Source: an uncultured Acidobacteriota bacterium (GTDB taxonomy: Bacteria; Acidobacteriota; Thermoanaerobaculia; Multivoradales; JAHEKO01). From it: 64,000 nt of DNA. The position numbers and the translations under genes are program-made. The DNA is taken from assembly GCA_963713825.1 (NCBI GenBank), contig CAVQNG010000025.1:672001-736000 (forward strand). The letters run 5' to 3'. Positions 47,016 to 56,910 of this stretch are shown here, piece after piece; within the stretch, counting starts at the first letter, position 1, and each line of letters starts with the position of its first letter. The notes under the pieces are model-generated. The model searched no databases, was not told where the DNA came from, and worked only from the letters and a program-made list of their open reading frames with translations.

Positions 47016-48622
47016 GGCGCCATCTCTTCGTCGAACTCGCGACCACCAGAGACCGCCAGTCGATCACCCTCACCGGTCTGTTGATAGAAAGCCACGGTTC
47101 TTCCGGCGGAGTCGAGAAAGCGTCGGGCCGCGGCGCGAACCTGCTCTGCTTCGATCTCCAGCACCTGCCGCGGCCAGTTATTGATCTCCTGCCAGTTGCC
47201 CATTCCCTGGTAGACAAGGAGCTGGGCGAGGAGCGAAGCAGGGTCCTTGAGTCGCCGAAAGGAATCGGCGGTCAGTCGGTTCTTGGCCCGCTGGAGCTCC
47301 TCATCGGTCACGAGATCGGTTTGCAGCCTGACGACTTCCTGGTCCCAGGCAGTCAGGAGATCTTCTGGGCTCGATGTCCCCTTCGTTTCGGCTTGAAAGG
47401 TGAAATACCCCGCCTGTCGCAACTGGCTCTGTAGCGCGGAAGCCGAAAACGCGATTTGCCTGCCCAGGACCATTGAGCGGTAGAGCCTGCCGGTCCGTCC
47501 ATTGAGAACGGCAGCCAGCACCTCCAGCACGCGCGAGTCCTCCTCCCCGAAAGCCGCCGAGGGATACAGGACCTTCACCCCCGACGGGCATCGGCAATCC
47601 ACGGTCAGGGTGCGTTTGCTCTCATCGGCGGCGGGCATCACCGCCGCCAAGTTTCGGGGGCTGGCCTGCCGGGGAGGCAGGCGTTGGAAGTACCTCTCGG
47701 CGAGTCTGCGAACTCGCTCGGCATCGAAGGCTCCGACCAGGGCCGCCGTGATGCGGCCTGGCGTGTAGTGCTGTTTGAAGAAGGTGCGGGCCGAGTTACG
47801 GTCGAGACCCTCCAGATCTTCGGGCTCTCCCTGCGGATCCCAGGAGTAGGGGTGTTGGCCCCAGAACTCCGAACTCAGTCGCTCATCAGCAGCTCCTGTG
47901 GGACTGGACTCGATGCGGAGACGCCGCTCCTCATGGATGACATCGAGCTCTTTGTAGAACTCCCGGAAGACGGGCTCCAGTAACCGGTCTGATTCCAGCC
48001 AAAACCAGGTCTCGAGCTTCTCGGATGGCACTGTGACGTAATAGAAAGTCAGGTCTCGCAAGGTATGGGCGTTGAGACCGACAGCGCCCAACCGGGAGTA
48101 GATCAGTGAGAACTCGCCGAGACGGGCTTGCGCCCGAGCCTCGGCCTGCACTTGCCGCAAGTTCTCTTCGGATTGGGCTATCTGTCTCCCGAGCTTGGCC
48201 CGCCGCTTCGATCCAGCCTCCGAGAGCTCCGACCGCAGTTCACGCAGCTCGGACTGCAACTGGTCTTCCCGGTCGAGCAGGACCAACTCCTTCTCGATGT
48301 CACGGGTGCCGACGGTTCGCGTTCCTTTGAACATCAGATGCTCGAGGAGGTGGCTGAGACCGGTGCTGCCTGGTGCCTCGTCGGCCGATCCGACCTCGAC
48401 CACCCAGCCGGCGGCGACAGTCGTCATTTCTGGCCTTTCGACCAGCAGAATCCTCATGCCGTTGGCGAGCTGAACGGTCTCGACAGGCACCTGCGCGGTG
48501 AGATCAGGTGCCGCGTCGAGCGAGACGAACCCAAGCGACAGGAAAGTGGCCCACAGCAGAACGCTGCGCCAGCAGGGCGATCGACGGCGAGCGTCGACTA
48601 GGGGTGCAAAATCAGGTGCCAA
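47012..48622 (-). CDS. M16 peptidase family, catalytic subunit
   Basis: GLSHLLEHLMFKGT, NAHT, ESDRL, EERR; coiled-coil insertion. Confidence 0.9.
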   Translation of the reverse strand: MAPDFAPLVDARRRSPCWRSVLLWATFLSLGFVSLDAAPDLTAQVPVETVQLANGMRILLVERPEMTTVAAGWVVEVGSADEAPGSTGLSHLLEHLMFKGTRTVGTRDIEKELVLLDREDQLQSELRELRSELSEAGSKRRAKLGRQIAQSEENLRQVQAEARAQARLGEFSLIYSRLGAVGLNAHTLRDLTFYYVTVPSEKLETWFWLESDRLLEPVFREFYKELDVIHEERRLRIESSPTGAADERLSSEFWGQHPYSWDPQGEPEDLEGLDRNSARTFFKQHYTPGRITAALVGAFDAERVRRLAERYFQRLPPRQASPRNLAAVMPAADESKRTLTVDCRCPSGVKVLYPSAAFGEEDSRVLEVLAAVLNGRTGRLYRSMVLGRQIAFSASALQSQLRQAGYFTFQAETKGTSSPEDLLTAWDQEVVRLQTDLVTDEELQRAKNRLTADSFRRLKDPASLLAQLLVYQGMGNWQEINNWPRQVLEIEAEQVRAAARRFLDSAGRTVAFYQQTGEGDRLAVSGGREFDEEMAP

Positions 48623-48736
48623 GTTCTCATCCGGTTGCAGAACGGGACAGGCTGCTCAGCGGCGTTCGATCGTAGCACGGCACCTTCTCAGGTGAGGGTC
48701 CCAGGATTGCCGGGTCTGCGGTACCATTCGTTTGAA

Positions 48737-49519
48737 GTGAAGAGACTCGCATGGCTCCTGCTCAACGGTCTGCAGGCCGTCTTCCTGTTTTTGTGGACCG
48801 CCTTCTGGGTTACGGTCGTTCTCGTCGTACGGGTGCTGACCGGGGGGCCGAAGCTTCCCTTGACGATCGCACGCAAGCTGTGGCTGCCTGGGGCTCTCTG
48901 GGCGGTGGGAGCGCGTCTGGAAGTCGAGATCTCACCGCGCAACGATTTTTCTTCCAAACCGGCGCTTTTTGTGTCCAATCATCGCTCGTTTTACGACATT
49001 CCGGCTTTGGTCGGGGCGGTACCGACCAACCTCCATTTCCTGGCCAAGAAGGAGGTCCGCAAGATCCCGTTTCTGGGACTCTACGCGGCAGCGATGGGTA
49101 TGGTCTTCATCGATCGAGCCGACAGTGCGGCCTCGAGAACCAGTGTCGAGCACATGTCACGACTGCTGGAAGAAGGCGCCAGCATGGCCTCCTACCCGGA
49201 GGGGACCCGCAGCCGGAGTGGCGATCTCCTTCCCTTCAAGACCGGCAGCTTCGTGGCTGCGATCAAAGCTGGTGTACCGGTCGTGCCCGTGAGCATCTCT
49301 GGAAGTGAGAAGGTACTGCCCGCGGATGGCTTCTCGCCTCGCCCCGGTCTGATCAGGGTGTCGATCGGCGAGCCGATCCCAACGGCGCAAATGGACCTCG
49401 AGGATCGGCGCAGGCTGGCCGACGAGGCGCGAGATCAAGTGGCTGAGATGCTGCAGCGGGCCGAAGGCCATCGTGGGGCCGACCGGGGGCCGGAAACAAA
49501 GGCTCCATCGGAGCTGTAG
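48737..49519 (+). CDS. plsC: 1-acyl-sn-glycerol-3-phosphate acyltransferase
   Basis: NHRSFYD, FIDR, YPEGTRS, PFK.G; start moved to GTG 48737. Confidence 0.88.
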   Translation: MKRLAWLLLNGLQAVFLFLWTAFWVTVVLVVRVLTGGPKLPLTIARKLWLPGALWAVGARLEVEISPRNDFSSKPALFVSNHRSFYDIPALVGAVPTNLHFLAKKEVRKIPFLGLYAAAMGMVFIDRADSAASRTSVEHMSRLLEEGASMASYPEGTRSRSGDLLPFKTGSFVAAIKAGVPVVPVSISGSEKVLPADGFSPRPGLIRVSIGEPIPTAQMDLEDRRRLADEARDQVAEMLQRAEGHRGADRGPETKAPSEL

Positions 49520-49576
49520 CACGAATTCAGATGCAAGACAGGCGGAGAGCCGGCTGGTTTCATGGAACCGCGGTGG

Positions 49577-49948
49577 CTATTCGTTCTTCTCGGTCGCCAG
49601 TGCCAGAACTTCGTGCAGTCGCTTGGCGTCGAATGGTTTGGCCAGGAAGTACTGACCACCGATGATCGGTCCCCGCCGCTGCACTTCGTCGCCATCCACC
49701 AGTCCGGTCAAGAAGACGATCGGGATGTCGGCGGTCTCGGGATCCTCCCGTAGCTTCTGGGCTACGGTGGCGCCGTCCATGCGAGGCAGAACGATGTCGA
49801 GCAGGATGGCATCGGGACGGGTGTCTTCGACCATGAGAAGGGCCTCTACGCCATGGCTTGCGGTCACCACCTCATGACCCTCGAGCTCCAGCATCGCCGA
49901 GACGAGCTGGAGTATCTGGTCTTCATCGTCGACAACCAAAATCCGCAT
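49577..49948 (-). CDS. Single-domain response regulator
   Basis: VVDDE, LLDIVLPRMDG, FLT, KPF. Confidence 0.93.
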   Translation of the reverse strand: MRILVVDDEDQILQLVSAMLELEGHEVVTASHGVEALLMVEDTRPDAILLDIVLPRMDGATVAQKLREDPETADIPIVFLTGLVDGDEVQRRGPIIGGQYFLAKPFDAKRLHEVLALATEKNE

Positions 49949-50070
49949 GATGCAGGCTCTCGGGCTCCGTCAGGGGTAGTCCCAGAATTGGTGACCGCCA
50001 CCCGATCCAGCCCGCGAGAATCGTAGCATGGGGCCTGGTTCGCAGCCCTCTGCTAACATCTCGCAGCTCG

Positions 50071-50724
50071 ATGACTAGTCTTGGAAACTCAGTGGTCGGG
50101 GCCGTCCTGGCCGGAGGCCAAAGCCGCCGCCTGGGGCAGGACAAGGCACTGCTGTCCTGGTCGGGAAGGGCCTTGCTGCTGCGTCCTTTCGAGATTCTTC
50201 AGACAGTGTTTTCGGAAGTCGTTGTGGTCACGGTTTCCGGGCGAGCGTACGAGGACCTCGGAGTACCTGTGATTCACGATCGGTTCGAGGGGCAGGGTCC
50301 TCTAGCGGGCATTCACGCCGCCCTCGAGTGGGCAGGCTCGCGCCCAGTGTTTGTCACGGCCTGTGACTTGCCCAATGTCAGCGCCGAGCTCGTCGGCCAC
50401 GTCGCTGACTTGGGCTGTGAGTCGCCGACTCTCGGCCCGCAGAACAAGGAGCCCAAAGCTCAACCAAGGGCCAGAGTTGCGGTCTGGAATGGGCGCCAGC
50501 AGCCACTTTTTGGGCTCTACTCTGCATCGTGTCGGGAGCCAATGGAAGCGAGGCTCCGCGACGGTCGTCTGGAAGCCTGGCGTTTTCTGGCCGAGATCGA
50601 TACGACGCCAGTGCCCATTACCCCCGAGCTCGAGCTCTATCGACCCGATCTACTACTGAACGTCAACTCTCGCGCGGACCTTCAACCGAGATCTCCTGAA
50701 AGGGCCCACGAGCCCTCGAGATAG
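50071..50724 (+). CDS. mobA: Molybdenum cofactor guanylyltransferase
   Basis: LAGGQSRRLGQDKA, GPLAGI, ACDLP, NVN. Confidence 0.9.
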   Translation: MTSLGNSVVGAVLAGGQSRRLGQDKALLSWSGRALLLRPFEILQTVFSEVVVVTVSGRAYEDLGVPVIHDRFEGQGPLAGIHAALEWAGSRPVFVTACDLPNVSAELVGHVADLGCESPTLGPQNKEPKAQPRARVAVWNGRQQPLFGLYSASCREPMEARLRDGRLEAWRFLAEIDTTPVPITPELELYRPDLLLNVNSRADLQPRSPERAHEPSR

Positions 50725-50726
50725 AG

Positions 50727-51596
50727 ATGAGCGACGCCTCGAGAAGGAAAGGAGCTCCTGGAGCCTCGGTACCCGCCACCGTGTTGATGGTGAGGGGGGC
50801 AGAGATCGAAGAGAGTGCCGATACTGTGGCGACAGAGGAGCCTCTGGAGATCAGGGTTGCGGTCGAGATCGAGGGCCACAGGGAAAGCCACAGTGTTGCC
50901 GTCACAATGCGAACCCCGGGCAACGACTTCGAGCTGGCGGCCGGGTTTCTCTGCGGCGAAGGGATGCTCACCAACCAGAATGAGGTCTGGCGTATCGATC
51001 ATTGCGATGCCGCCTCGGCGGGTGAGCCCGGCAACGTGGTCGAGGTCCACCTGAGACCTGGAGTCGAGTTCGACTTCCAACGGCTCACCCGCCATGTCTT
51101 TACTTCTTCCAGTTGTGGAGTCTGCGGCAAGGCCTCTCTCGAGGCGGTCCAGATCGCCTGTTCAAGCACCCCGATCGGAACCATTCGGCTCCACCGGCAG
51201 CAATTGGTGCAACTGCCTGGTTCCCTGCGGCAGTCGCAGCCTGTGTTTTCAGAGACCGGAGGTCTGCATGCCGCAGGACTCTTCGACGGAACAGGTCGGC
51301 TCTTGGCTCTACGGGAAGATGTCGGGCGACACAATGCCGTCGACAAGGTCGTGGGGTCTTTGCTCCTCGGCGGCGACCTTCCCGCATCCGATCGAATCCT
51401 CCTGGTGAGTGGTCGGGCCAGCTTCGAGTTGGTCCAGAAGGCCGCTTTGGCTGGAATTCCTGTTCTGGCAGCGGTTGGCGCACCCAGTAGCCTGGCGGTC
51501 GACTTGGCCCGGGAAATGGAGATGACCCTGGTTGGGTTCCTGCGGGATGGGCGTTTCAATCTCTACACCGGCTCGGATCGCCTGGCAGTAGAGTGA
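50727..51596 (+). CDS. fdhD: Formate dehydrogenase accessory sulfurtransferase FdhD
   Basis: EEPL, TMRTPG.D.EL, SSCGVCG, TGGLHA, REDVGRHNA.DK, GAPSSLA. Confidence 0.95.
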   Translation: MSDASRRKGAPGASVPATVLMVRGAEIEESADTVATEEPLEIRVAVEIEGHRESHSVAVTMRTPGNDFELAAGFLCGEGMLTNQNEVWRIDHCDAASAGEPGNVVEVHLRPGVEFDFQRLTRHVFTSSSCGVCGKASLEAVQIACSSTPIGTIRLHRQQLVQLPGSLRQSQPVFSETGGLHAAGLFDGTGRLLALREDVGRHNAVDKVVGSLLLGGDLPASDRILLVSGRASFELVQKAALAGIPVLAAVGAPSSLAVDLAREMEMTLVGFLRDGRFNLYTGSDRLAVE

Positions 51597-51630
51597 TGGG
51601 GCCAGCCTCTGCCTGCAAGAGGATCTGTCG

Positions 51631-52482
51631 ATGACCGAGATCGACCACGAGCCTGACGCTGGGGATTGGCTCCTCTTCGACACGCATGCCCACCTTTGTG
51701 ATCCGGCGTTCGAAGCTGATCGCGAAGAGGTTCTCGAACGGGCAAGAAGAGCGGGAGTGGGGGCGATCATCGCAGTTGGAGAAGACCTCCAGGATGCGCG
51801 CTTCAATTTGGCGCTGGCTCGCGAGTATCCGTGGATTGTGCGTGCTGCGGCGGGGCTGTTTCCGACGAACCTCGACCTGGGCCAGGCAGAAGAGCTGGAA
51901 CAGTGGATTCGACGGCATGCCGACGATCTGATCGCGATCGGGGAAGTCGGGCTGGACTTCTGGAAGGTCGAGGGTGAGGACGATAGGGCAGTACAGAGAG
52001 AGATCTTCGAGCGGTTCGTGTTGCTGGCCATCGAGCTCGATCTGCCGCTGAACGTCCATTCACGGTCAGCCGGTGCCGCAACTGTCGAGCTCTTGTTGGA
52101 CTCGGGTGTCAGCCGAGTGCAGCTCCACGCCTTCGATGGCCGCGCCTCGAAAGCTCTCCCAGCCATCGAGGCCGGCTTCTTCCTGTCGATCCCACCCTCG
52201 GTGGTGCGCTCACGTCAGAAGCAGAAGCTGGTTCGGCACGTTCCGTTGCAGAACCTGCTGTTGGAGACTGACAGCCCAGTTTTGGGCGTCGAGCCAGGTG
52301 AGCGCAACGAGCCCGCCAACCTCACCCTCGCGTTGCGAGCGGTGGCCGATCTCAAAGGCGTTCATCCGCAGGCGATTGCGGAGGCCACTCGCGACAACGC
52401 TATTCGCCTCTATGGCAGAGCCCTCCTCAACGACGAGAGTGACCGCAGCGGTTCGACTACCGGGAGCTTGTCTGCTGGGTGA
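51631..52482 (+). CDS. tatD: TatD family hydrolase/DNase
   Basis: DTHAH, IGEVGLD, HSR, LETDSP, NEP. Confidence 0.9.
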   Translation: MTEIDHEPDAGDWLLFDTHAHLCDPAFEADREEVLERARRAGVGAIIAVGEDLQDARFNLALAREYPWIVRAAAGLFPTNLDLGQAEELEQWIRRHADDLIAIGEVGLDFWKVEGEDDRAVQREIFERFVLLAIELDLPLNVHSRSAGAATVELLLDSGVSRVQLHAFDGRASKALPAIEAGFFLSIPPSVVRSRQKQKLVRHVPLQNLLLETDSPVLGVEPGERNEPANLTLALRAVADLKGVHPQAIAEATRDNAIRLYGRALLNDESDRSGSTTGSLSAG

Positions 52483-53476
52483 TCTTCCACCCGTCGTCGG
52501 AGCGGGCCACTGCGAATGAAGTCGCCACCGTTTCGTCTCGCTGATCAGTGCGAATCGACAGGTAGAAGGAGGCTTGGCCTTCGGTGGCCGTAGGAGCCGA
52601 GATCTCGAGCGCGGAAACCGCTATGCGGATGAAGGAGGCCTCCGTCATTTCTCGTTTCATGCGGGCTTCCCACTGGGCGCGCGTCTCTCTTCCGGCTGGC
52701 TTGAAATCGGCTGCGTAATAAGACAGGACCTCGTTCGACTCTCTACTCTCCCAGGCCTCCGCCCAGTCCTGAACGAGTCTTTCAATCGCCTCTTCCGCTC
52801 GCCGATTCATGGGCGGGGCGTCGGCTGCGGGAGGTTGGTCGGTAGGGGAGACCTCGATGGGGCTGGCGGGGCCAGTTTTCCCACCTTCCACCATGGCACG
52901 GGGTGGCTCCTCTTCTTCAACGGGGGGGCGGGTGGACTGAAACCAGAGCCCGATTGCCAAGACTCCGGCCATGAGGAGTGCACCAACTGCCCACAACAGG
53001 CGAGTGCCCGCCGTTCTATCTTGAAGTGAGCGTCGAGGCGTCGAGGGGACCTCCGGGTCGAGGCCGACAACGTCTTCCGTCGGACTACCGAGGTCGAATG
53101 GCTCACCCCCCATTTCGAGGTGCTTGTCGATGAGGTACCGGATCATCCGACGGCTCTGAGCGTCCACGTCGACGAATTTCACCCCCATCCCCGCCGGTCT
53201 GTCGGTGGCCTCATCGTGCTCGCGGTCCCAGATGACCCGCGCCGTGCCTTGAATGGGGCTCCAGTCCTCGATACGAAACCGGAAGGAGAGAGTCGTGCCG
53301 ACCGGTGCTGGCTCAGGACTCTGAATGAACATCCCCGAGGTGGAGATGTTGGCCGACATGGCCGTGACCAGAAGCTCGAAGTTGGGGAACTTGAGCTCCA
53401 TCTCCTGCTCGATGGCAGCCCTCTTTGCTTGGCCGGGAAGGCTCATGCCGTCCGGGGTCTGGTGCGGTGTCGTCAT
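52457..53476 (-). CDS. PilZ-like (TIGR02266-type) domain, TM helix and C-terminal NTF2/SnoaL-like domain
   Basis: NISTSGMFI...V.W...PAGMGVKF; one TM; Pro-rich linker; WAEAW...YAADF...GWKI. Confidence 0.75.
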   Translation of the reverse strand: MTTPHQTPDGMSLPGQAKRAAIEQEMELKFPNFELLVTAMSANISTSGMFIQSPEPAPVGTTLSFRFRIEDWSPIQGTARVIWDREHDEATDRPAGMGVKFVDVDAQSRRMIRYLIDKHLEMGGEPFDLGSPTEDVVGLDPEVPSTPRRSLQDRTAGTRLLWAVGALLMAGVLAIGLWFQSTRPPVEEEEPPRAMVEGGKTGPASPIEVSPTDQPPAADAPPMNRRAEEAIERLVQDWAEAWESRESNEVLSYYAADFKPAGRETRAQWEARMKREMTEASFIRIAVSALEISAPTATEGQASFYLSIRTDQRDETVATSFAVARSDDGWKITQQTSSR

Positions 53477-53777
53477 TGGTCTCCTGGCTCGTCTACGCGA
53501 AGATTATAGCCGGGGACCGACATATGTTGAGTTGAGCCGCCACCCCGCGGGGCGGGTTGGTCACAGTCGTCTGGGTGGTGTGCCGCTGCCTTGCCAGGCG
53601 TACACTTTTACGTGGTACTTCCTGGAGACCATTCAAGGCCTAATCAGACGACAAAGCAAGAGCCGAGGCAAGCCAAGGAACGGTCGTTACAACGATTCCG
53701 TTCGCGACTTGGTTCAGGCGCTCTGAAGGGTTACTCGAAACAATCAGGCAGGGGATCAAAGCCTCACGAGGTGTTCC

Positions 53778-55607
53778 ATGAGCACGACACGAGAGGAAGT
53801 GGTCAGCACGGTATGCCAGGCCTACGGCAAGGATCGAGGTCGTCTGCTGGATATCGCACGGGATGTGCAAGAGAAGCTGGGGTGTGTTGACGGCAAGTCG
53901 GTGAATCACATCGCCGAGGAGTTGTCCATTCCAAGAGTCGAGGTGGCGAGCCTCGTTTCCTTCTATTCGTTTCTCTACAGCGAGCCCCAGGGACAGGTTC
54001 GGATCCATCTCTGCAACGATGTTCCGGACATGATGAAGGGTACCGCCAGGATCGTTGCCGAGCTCGAGGAGGAGCTGGGAATCCAGGTCGGCGAGACGAC
54101 TCCGGATGGCAATTTCTCGCTGGACTTCGCCTCCTGCATCGGTCTCTCGGATCAGGCTCCGGCGGCTCTGGTGAACGATCTGATGGTACCTCGCCTGGGC
54201 CCTGGGACGGCCCGACGCGGAGTTCAGATACTCAAGGAGCGGGGTGAGCTCAAAGAGCTCAATCGGCTCCTGATTCGGAACCATGGTGACGGCAACAATG
54301 CCCACGATCTCGTTCGTTCGGCCTGCAGCAACAACCTTCGACAGGCTGGCGAGGTGATCTTCGCCGACATGGACCGAGGTGACGCTCTCGAGAAGGCGCT
54401 GGCCATGAGCCCGGTAGAGGTCATTCGGGAGATCAAGACGTCTCGGCTTCGGGGTCGGGGAGGCGCCGGATTCCCGACCGGCATGAAGTGGGAGTTCACT
54501 CGCGCTGCGGAGGGTGATCGGCGTTATCTCATCTGCAACGCAGACGAGGGCGAGCCTGGGACCTTCAAGGATCGAGTCATACTCACGGAGCGCCCCGACC
54601 TGCTCTTCGAGGGTATGACCGTTGGTGGCTACGCCATTGGGGCCGAGAAAGGGCTGGTCTATCTGCGTGCCGAGTACGCCTACCTGCAGGAGTTCCTGGA
54701 GCATGTGCTGGACGAACGCCGCGAGCTCGGTCTGTTGGGCGAGTCTGTTGGCGGCAAGGAGGGTTTCAATTTCGATATTCGAATCCAGATGGGGGCTGGA
54801 GCCTACATCTGTGGAGAGGAAACGGCGCTGATCAGCTCCTGCGAGGGCTTGCGAGGCGACCCGAAGAATCGACCGCCCTTCCCTGCTCAGCAGGGCTATC
54901 TCGGCAAGCCGACTTCGGTGAACAACGTGGAAACCCTCTGCTGCGTAGCACGAATCCTCGAGCGCGGCTCCGGGTGGTTCGCTTCCATCGGCACTTCTGG
55001 AAGCACGGGAACGAAGCTACTCAGTATCTCCGGCGACTGCATGAGGCCTGGTGTGTACGAGGTCCCCTTCGGAATCCGGTTGCGGCAGGTCTTGGAGATG
55101 TGCGACGCGGAAGAGCCGATGGCCGCCCAGGTAGGTGGCCCTAGCGGCAAGATGGTCGGCGAAGCCGACTTCGATCGGACGATCTGCTTCGACGACCTGG
55201 CGACGGGGGGGTCGCTGATGGTCTTTGGCAGGGACCGCGACGTGCTCGAGATCACGTCTCAGTTCCTGCAGTTCTTCATTCACGAGAGCTGCGGATACTG
55301 CACTCCATGTCGGGTCGGCAACGTTCTGCTCCAGGAACGCCTCGACAAGATTCGCGCCGGCTATGGGGAGCCGTCAGACCTCGACTATCTCCAGCGGCTA
55401 GGCGAGTCGATCAAGATGGCGAGTCGCTGCGGGTTGGGGCAGACCTCTCCCAATCCCGTTCTATCGACGCTCGAGAACTTTCGCTCCGCCTATGAAGAGC
55501 GGCTATCGGCACCGGCCGGGGGCGAGCATTCAAGTTTCGATCTCCAGTCTGCGCTGAGTACGTCTCGAGCGCTCACCGGCAGGAAATCGGTCCATTTCGA
55601 GGAGTAG
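53778..55607 (+). CDS. hoxF: NAD-reducing [NiFe] hydrogenase diaphorase large subunit
   Basis: NuoE-like N-terminus; GRGGAGFPTG.KW, CNADEGEPGTFKDR, GAGAYICGEE, CGYCTPCR...C. Confidence 0.95.
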   Translation: MSTTREEVVSTVCQAYGKDRGRLLDIARDVQEKLGCVDGKSVNHIAEELSIPRVEVASLVSFYSFLYSEPQGQVRIHLCNDVPDMMKGTARIVAELEEELGIQVGETTPDGNFSLDFASCIGLSDQAPAALVNDLMVPRLGPGTARRGVQILKERGELKELNRLLIRNHGDGNNAHDLVRSACSNNLRQAGEVIFADMDRGDALEKALAMSPVEVIREIKTSRLRGRGGAGFPTGMKWEFTRAAEGDRRYLICNADEGEPGTFKDRVILTERPDLLFEGMTVGGYAIGAEKGLVYLRAEYAYLQEFLEHVLDERRELGLLGESVGGKEGFNFDIRIQMGAGAYICGEETALISSCEGLRGDPKNRPPFPAQQGYLGKPTSVNNVETLCCVARILERGSGWFASIGTSGSTGTKLLSISGDCMRPGVYEVPFGIRLRQVLEMCDAEEPMAAQVGGPSGKMVGEADFDRTICFDDLATGGSLMVFGRDRDVLEITSQFLQFFIHESCGYCTPCRVGNVLLQERLDKIRAGYGEPSDLDYLQRLGESIKMASRCGLGQTSPNPVLSTLENFRSAYEERLSAPAGGEHSSFDLQSALSTSRALTGRKSVHFEE

Positions 55608-55619
55608 CGGGTAACCATC

Positions 55620-56333
55620 ATGAGCGAGCGGATTTCCCTGACCATCGACGGCCATACCATCGAAGCCAGATCCGGGCAGACGATCCTGGAAGCAGCCCAG
55701 GAGGCTGGGGTCTACATACCGCGCCTGTGCTGGATGAAGGGCCTTTCGTCCTTCGGCAGCTGCCGCCTTTGCACGGTGCGGGTGAACGGTAGATCTCAAT
55801 CCGCTTGCACCCAGCCGGCGGTCCCCGGCATGATCGTCGAGAACGACACGGAGGAGCTGAGAGAGCTGCGCCGCAGCCTCATCGACATGCTCTTCGTCGA
55901 GGGCAACCACTTCTGCATGTTCTGTGAGAAGAGCGGGGATTGCGAGCTCCAGGCGCTGGCCTACCGACTGGGCATCACGGCTCCACAGTACCCTTTCTTG
56001 TTTCCCCAGCGCGAGCTCGACGCCTCGCACCCCGACATCTTCGTCGACCGGAATCGCTGCATTCTCTGCGGCCGTTGCGTCCGAGCCTCCCAGGAGGTGG
56101 ATGGCAAGCATGTCTTCGGCTTCGTGGGGCGCGGTCCGGAGAAGCGGCTGGCGGTCAATGCCGAGTCGGGTCTGGGCGGGACGGATGCAGCGGCCGAGGA
56201 CGAAGCGGTGGCGGCCTGTCCGACCGGGTCGTTGCTGGCCAAGCGCGTTGGCTACGCGGTGCCGGTAGGACAACGCAGATTCGACCATCAACCCATCGGT
56301 TCCGAGATTGAACGAGCGCAGTCCGACGAGTGA
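55620..56333 (+). CDS. hoxU: Diaphorase small Fe-S subunit
   Basis: LC...SCRLC...AC, HFCMFCEKSGDC, CILCGRC...CP. Confidence 0.95.
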   Translation: MSERISLTIDGHTIEARSGQTILEAAQEAGVYIPRLCWMKGLSSFGSCRLCTVRVNGRSQSACTQPAVPGMIVENDTEELRELRRSLIDMLFVEGNHFCMFCEKSGDCELQALAYRLGITAPQYPFLFPQRELDASHPDIFVDRNRCILCGRCVRASQEVDGKHVFGFVGRGPEKRLAVNAESGLGGTDAAAEDEAVAACPTGSLLAKRVGYAVPVGQRRFDHQPIGSEIERAQSDE

Positions 56334-56343
56334 GAAGCGAGTC

Positions 56344-56889
56344 ATGGGCAAACCAAGAGTAGCGACGACGTCTCTGTGCGGCTGCTTCGGCTGCCATATG
56401 TCCCTGTTGGATATCGACGAGCGGATCCTGAGTCTGGTCGAGTTGATCGACTTCGACCGCTCACCGATCAACGACATCAAGCAGATCTCCGGGCCAGTGG
56501 AGATTGGACTGGTGGAGGGCGGCTGCGCCAACGAGGAGAATGTCAAAGTCCTGCAGGAGTTCCGCCAGCACTGCAAGGTCCTGATCTCCGTTGGTGACTG
56601 CGCTATCAACGGCGGTATCCCGGCGATGCGGAACCTGGTGCCGTTGGGAGAGTGCTTCGAGGAGGCTTTTCTCAATGGACCGACGGTGGTCAATCCGGCA
56701 GGCAAGATCCCGGACGACGAGGAGATTCCGTTGCTCCTCGATCGGGTCTATCCCTGTCACGAAGTGGTGAAGGTCGACTACCACCTGCCAGGATGCCCTC
56801 CCTCCGCCGACACCCTATGGGAGGCCTTGACCGCCCTTCTCGAGGGCCGTGACCTCGAGCTTCCCTACGAGCTGGTCAAGTACGACTGA
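56344..56889 (+). CDS. hoxY: [NiFe] hydrogenase small subunit (group 3d)
   Basis: GCFGCHMS, VEG, GDCA, PGCPP; start ATG 56344. Confidence 0.95.
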   Translation: MGKPRVATTSLCGCFGCHMSLLDIDERILSLVELIDFDRSPINDIKQISGPVEIGLVEGGCANEENVKVLQEFRQHCKVLISVGDCAINGGIPAMRNLVPLGECFEEAFLNGPTVVNPAGKIPDDEEIPLLLDRVYPCHEVVKVDYHLPGCPPSADTLWEALTALLEGRDLELPYELVKYD

Positions 56890-56910
56890 GACCCGGTCAG
56901 AGGAAAAATC

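Noticed and set aside
53778-54300. HoxF NuoE-like domain lacking a full 2Fe-2S Cys set
   Set aside because: Known feature of Cupriavidus-type HoxF, so not novel.
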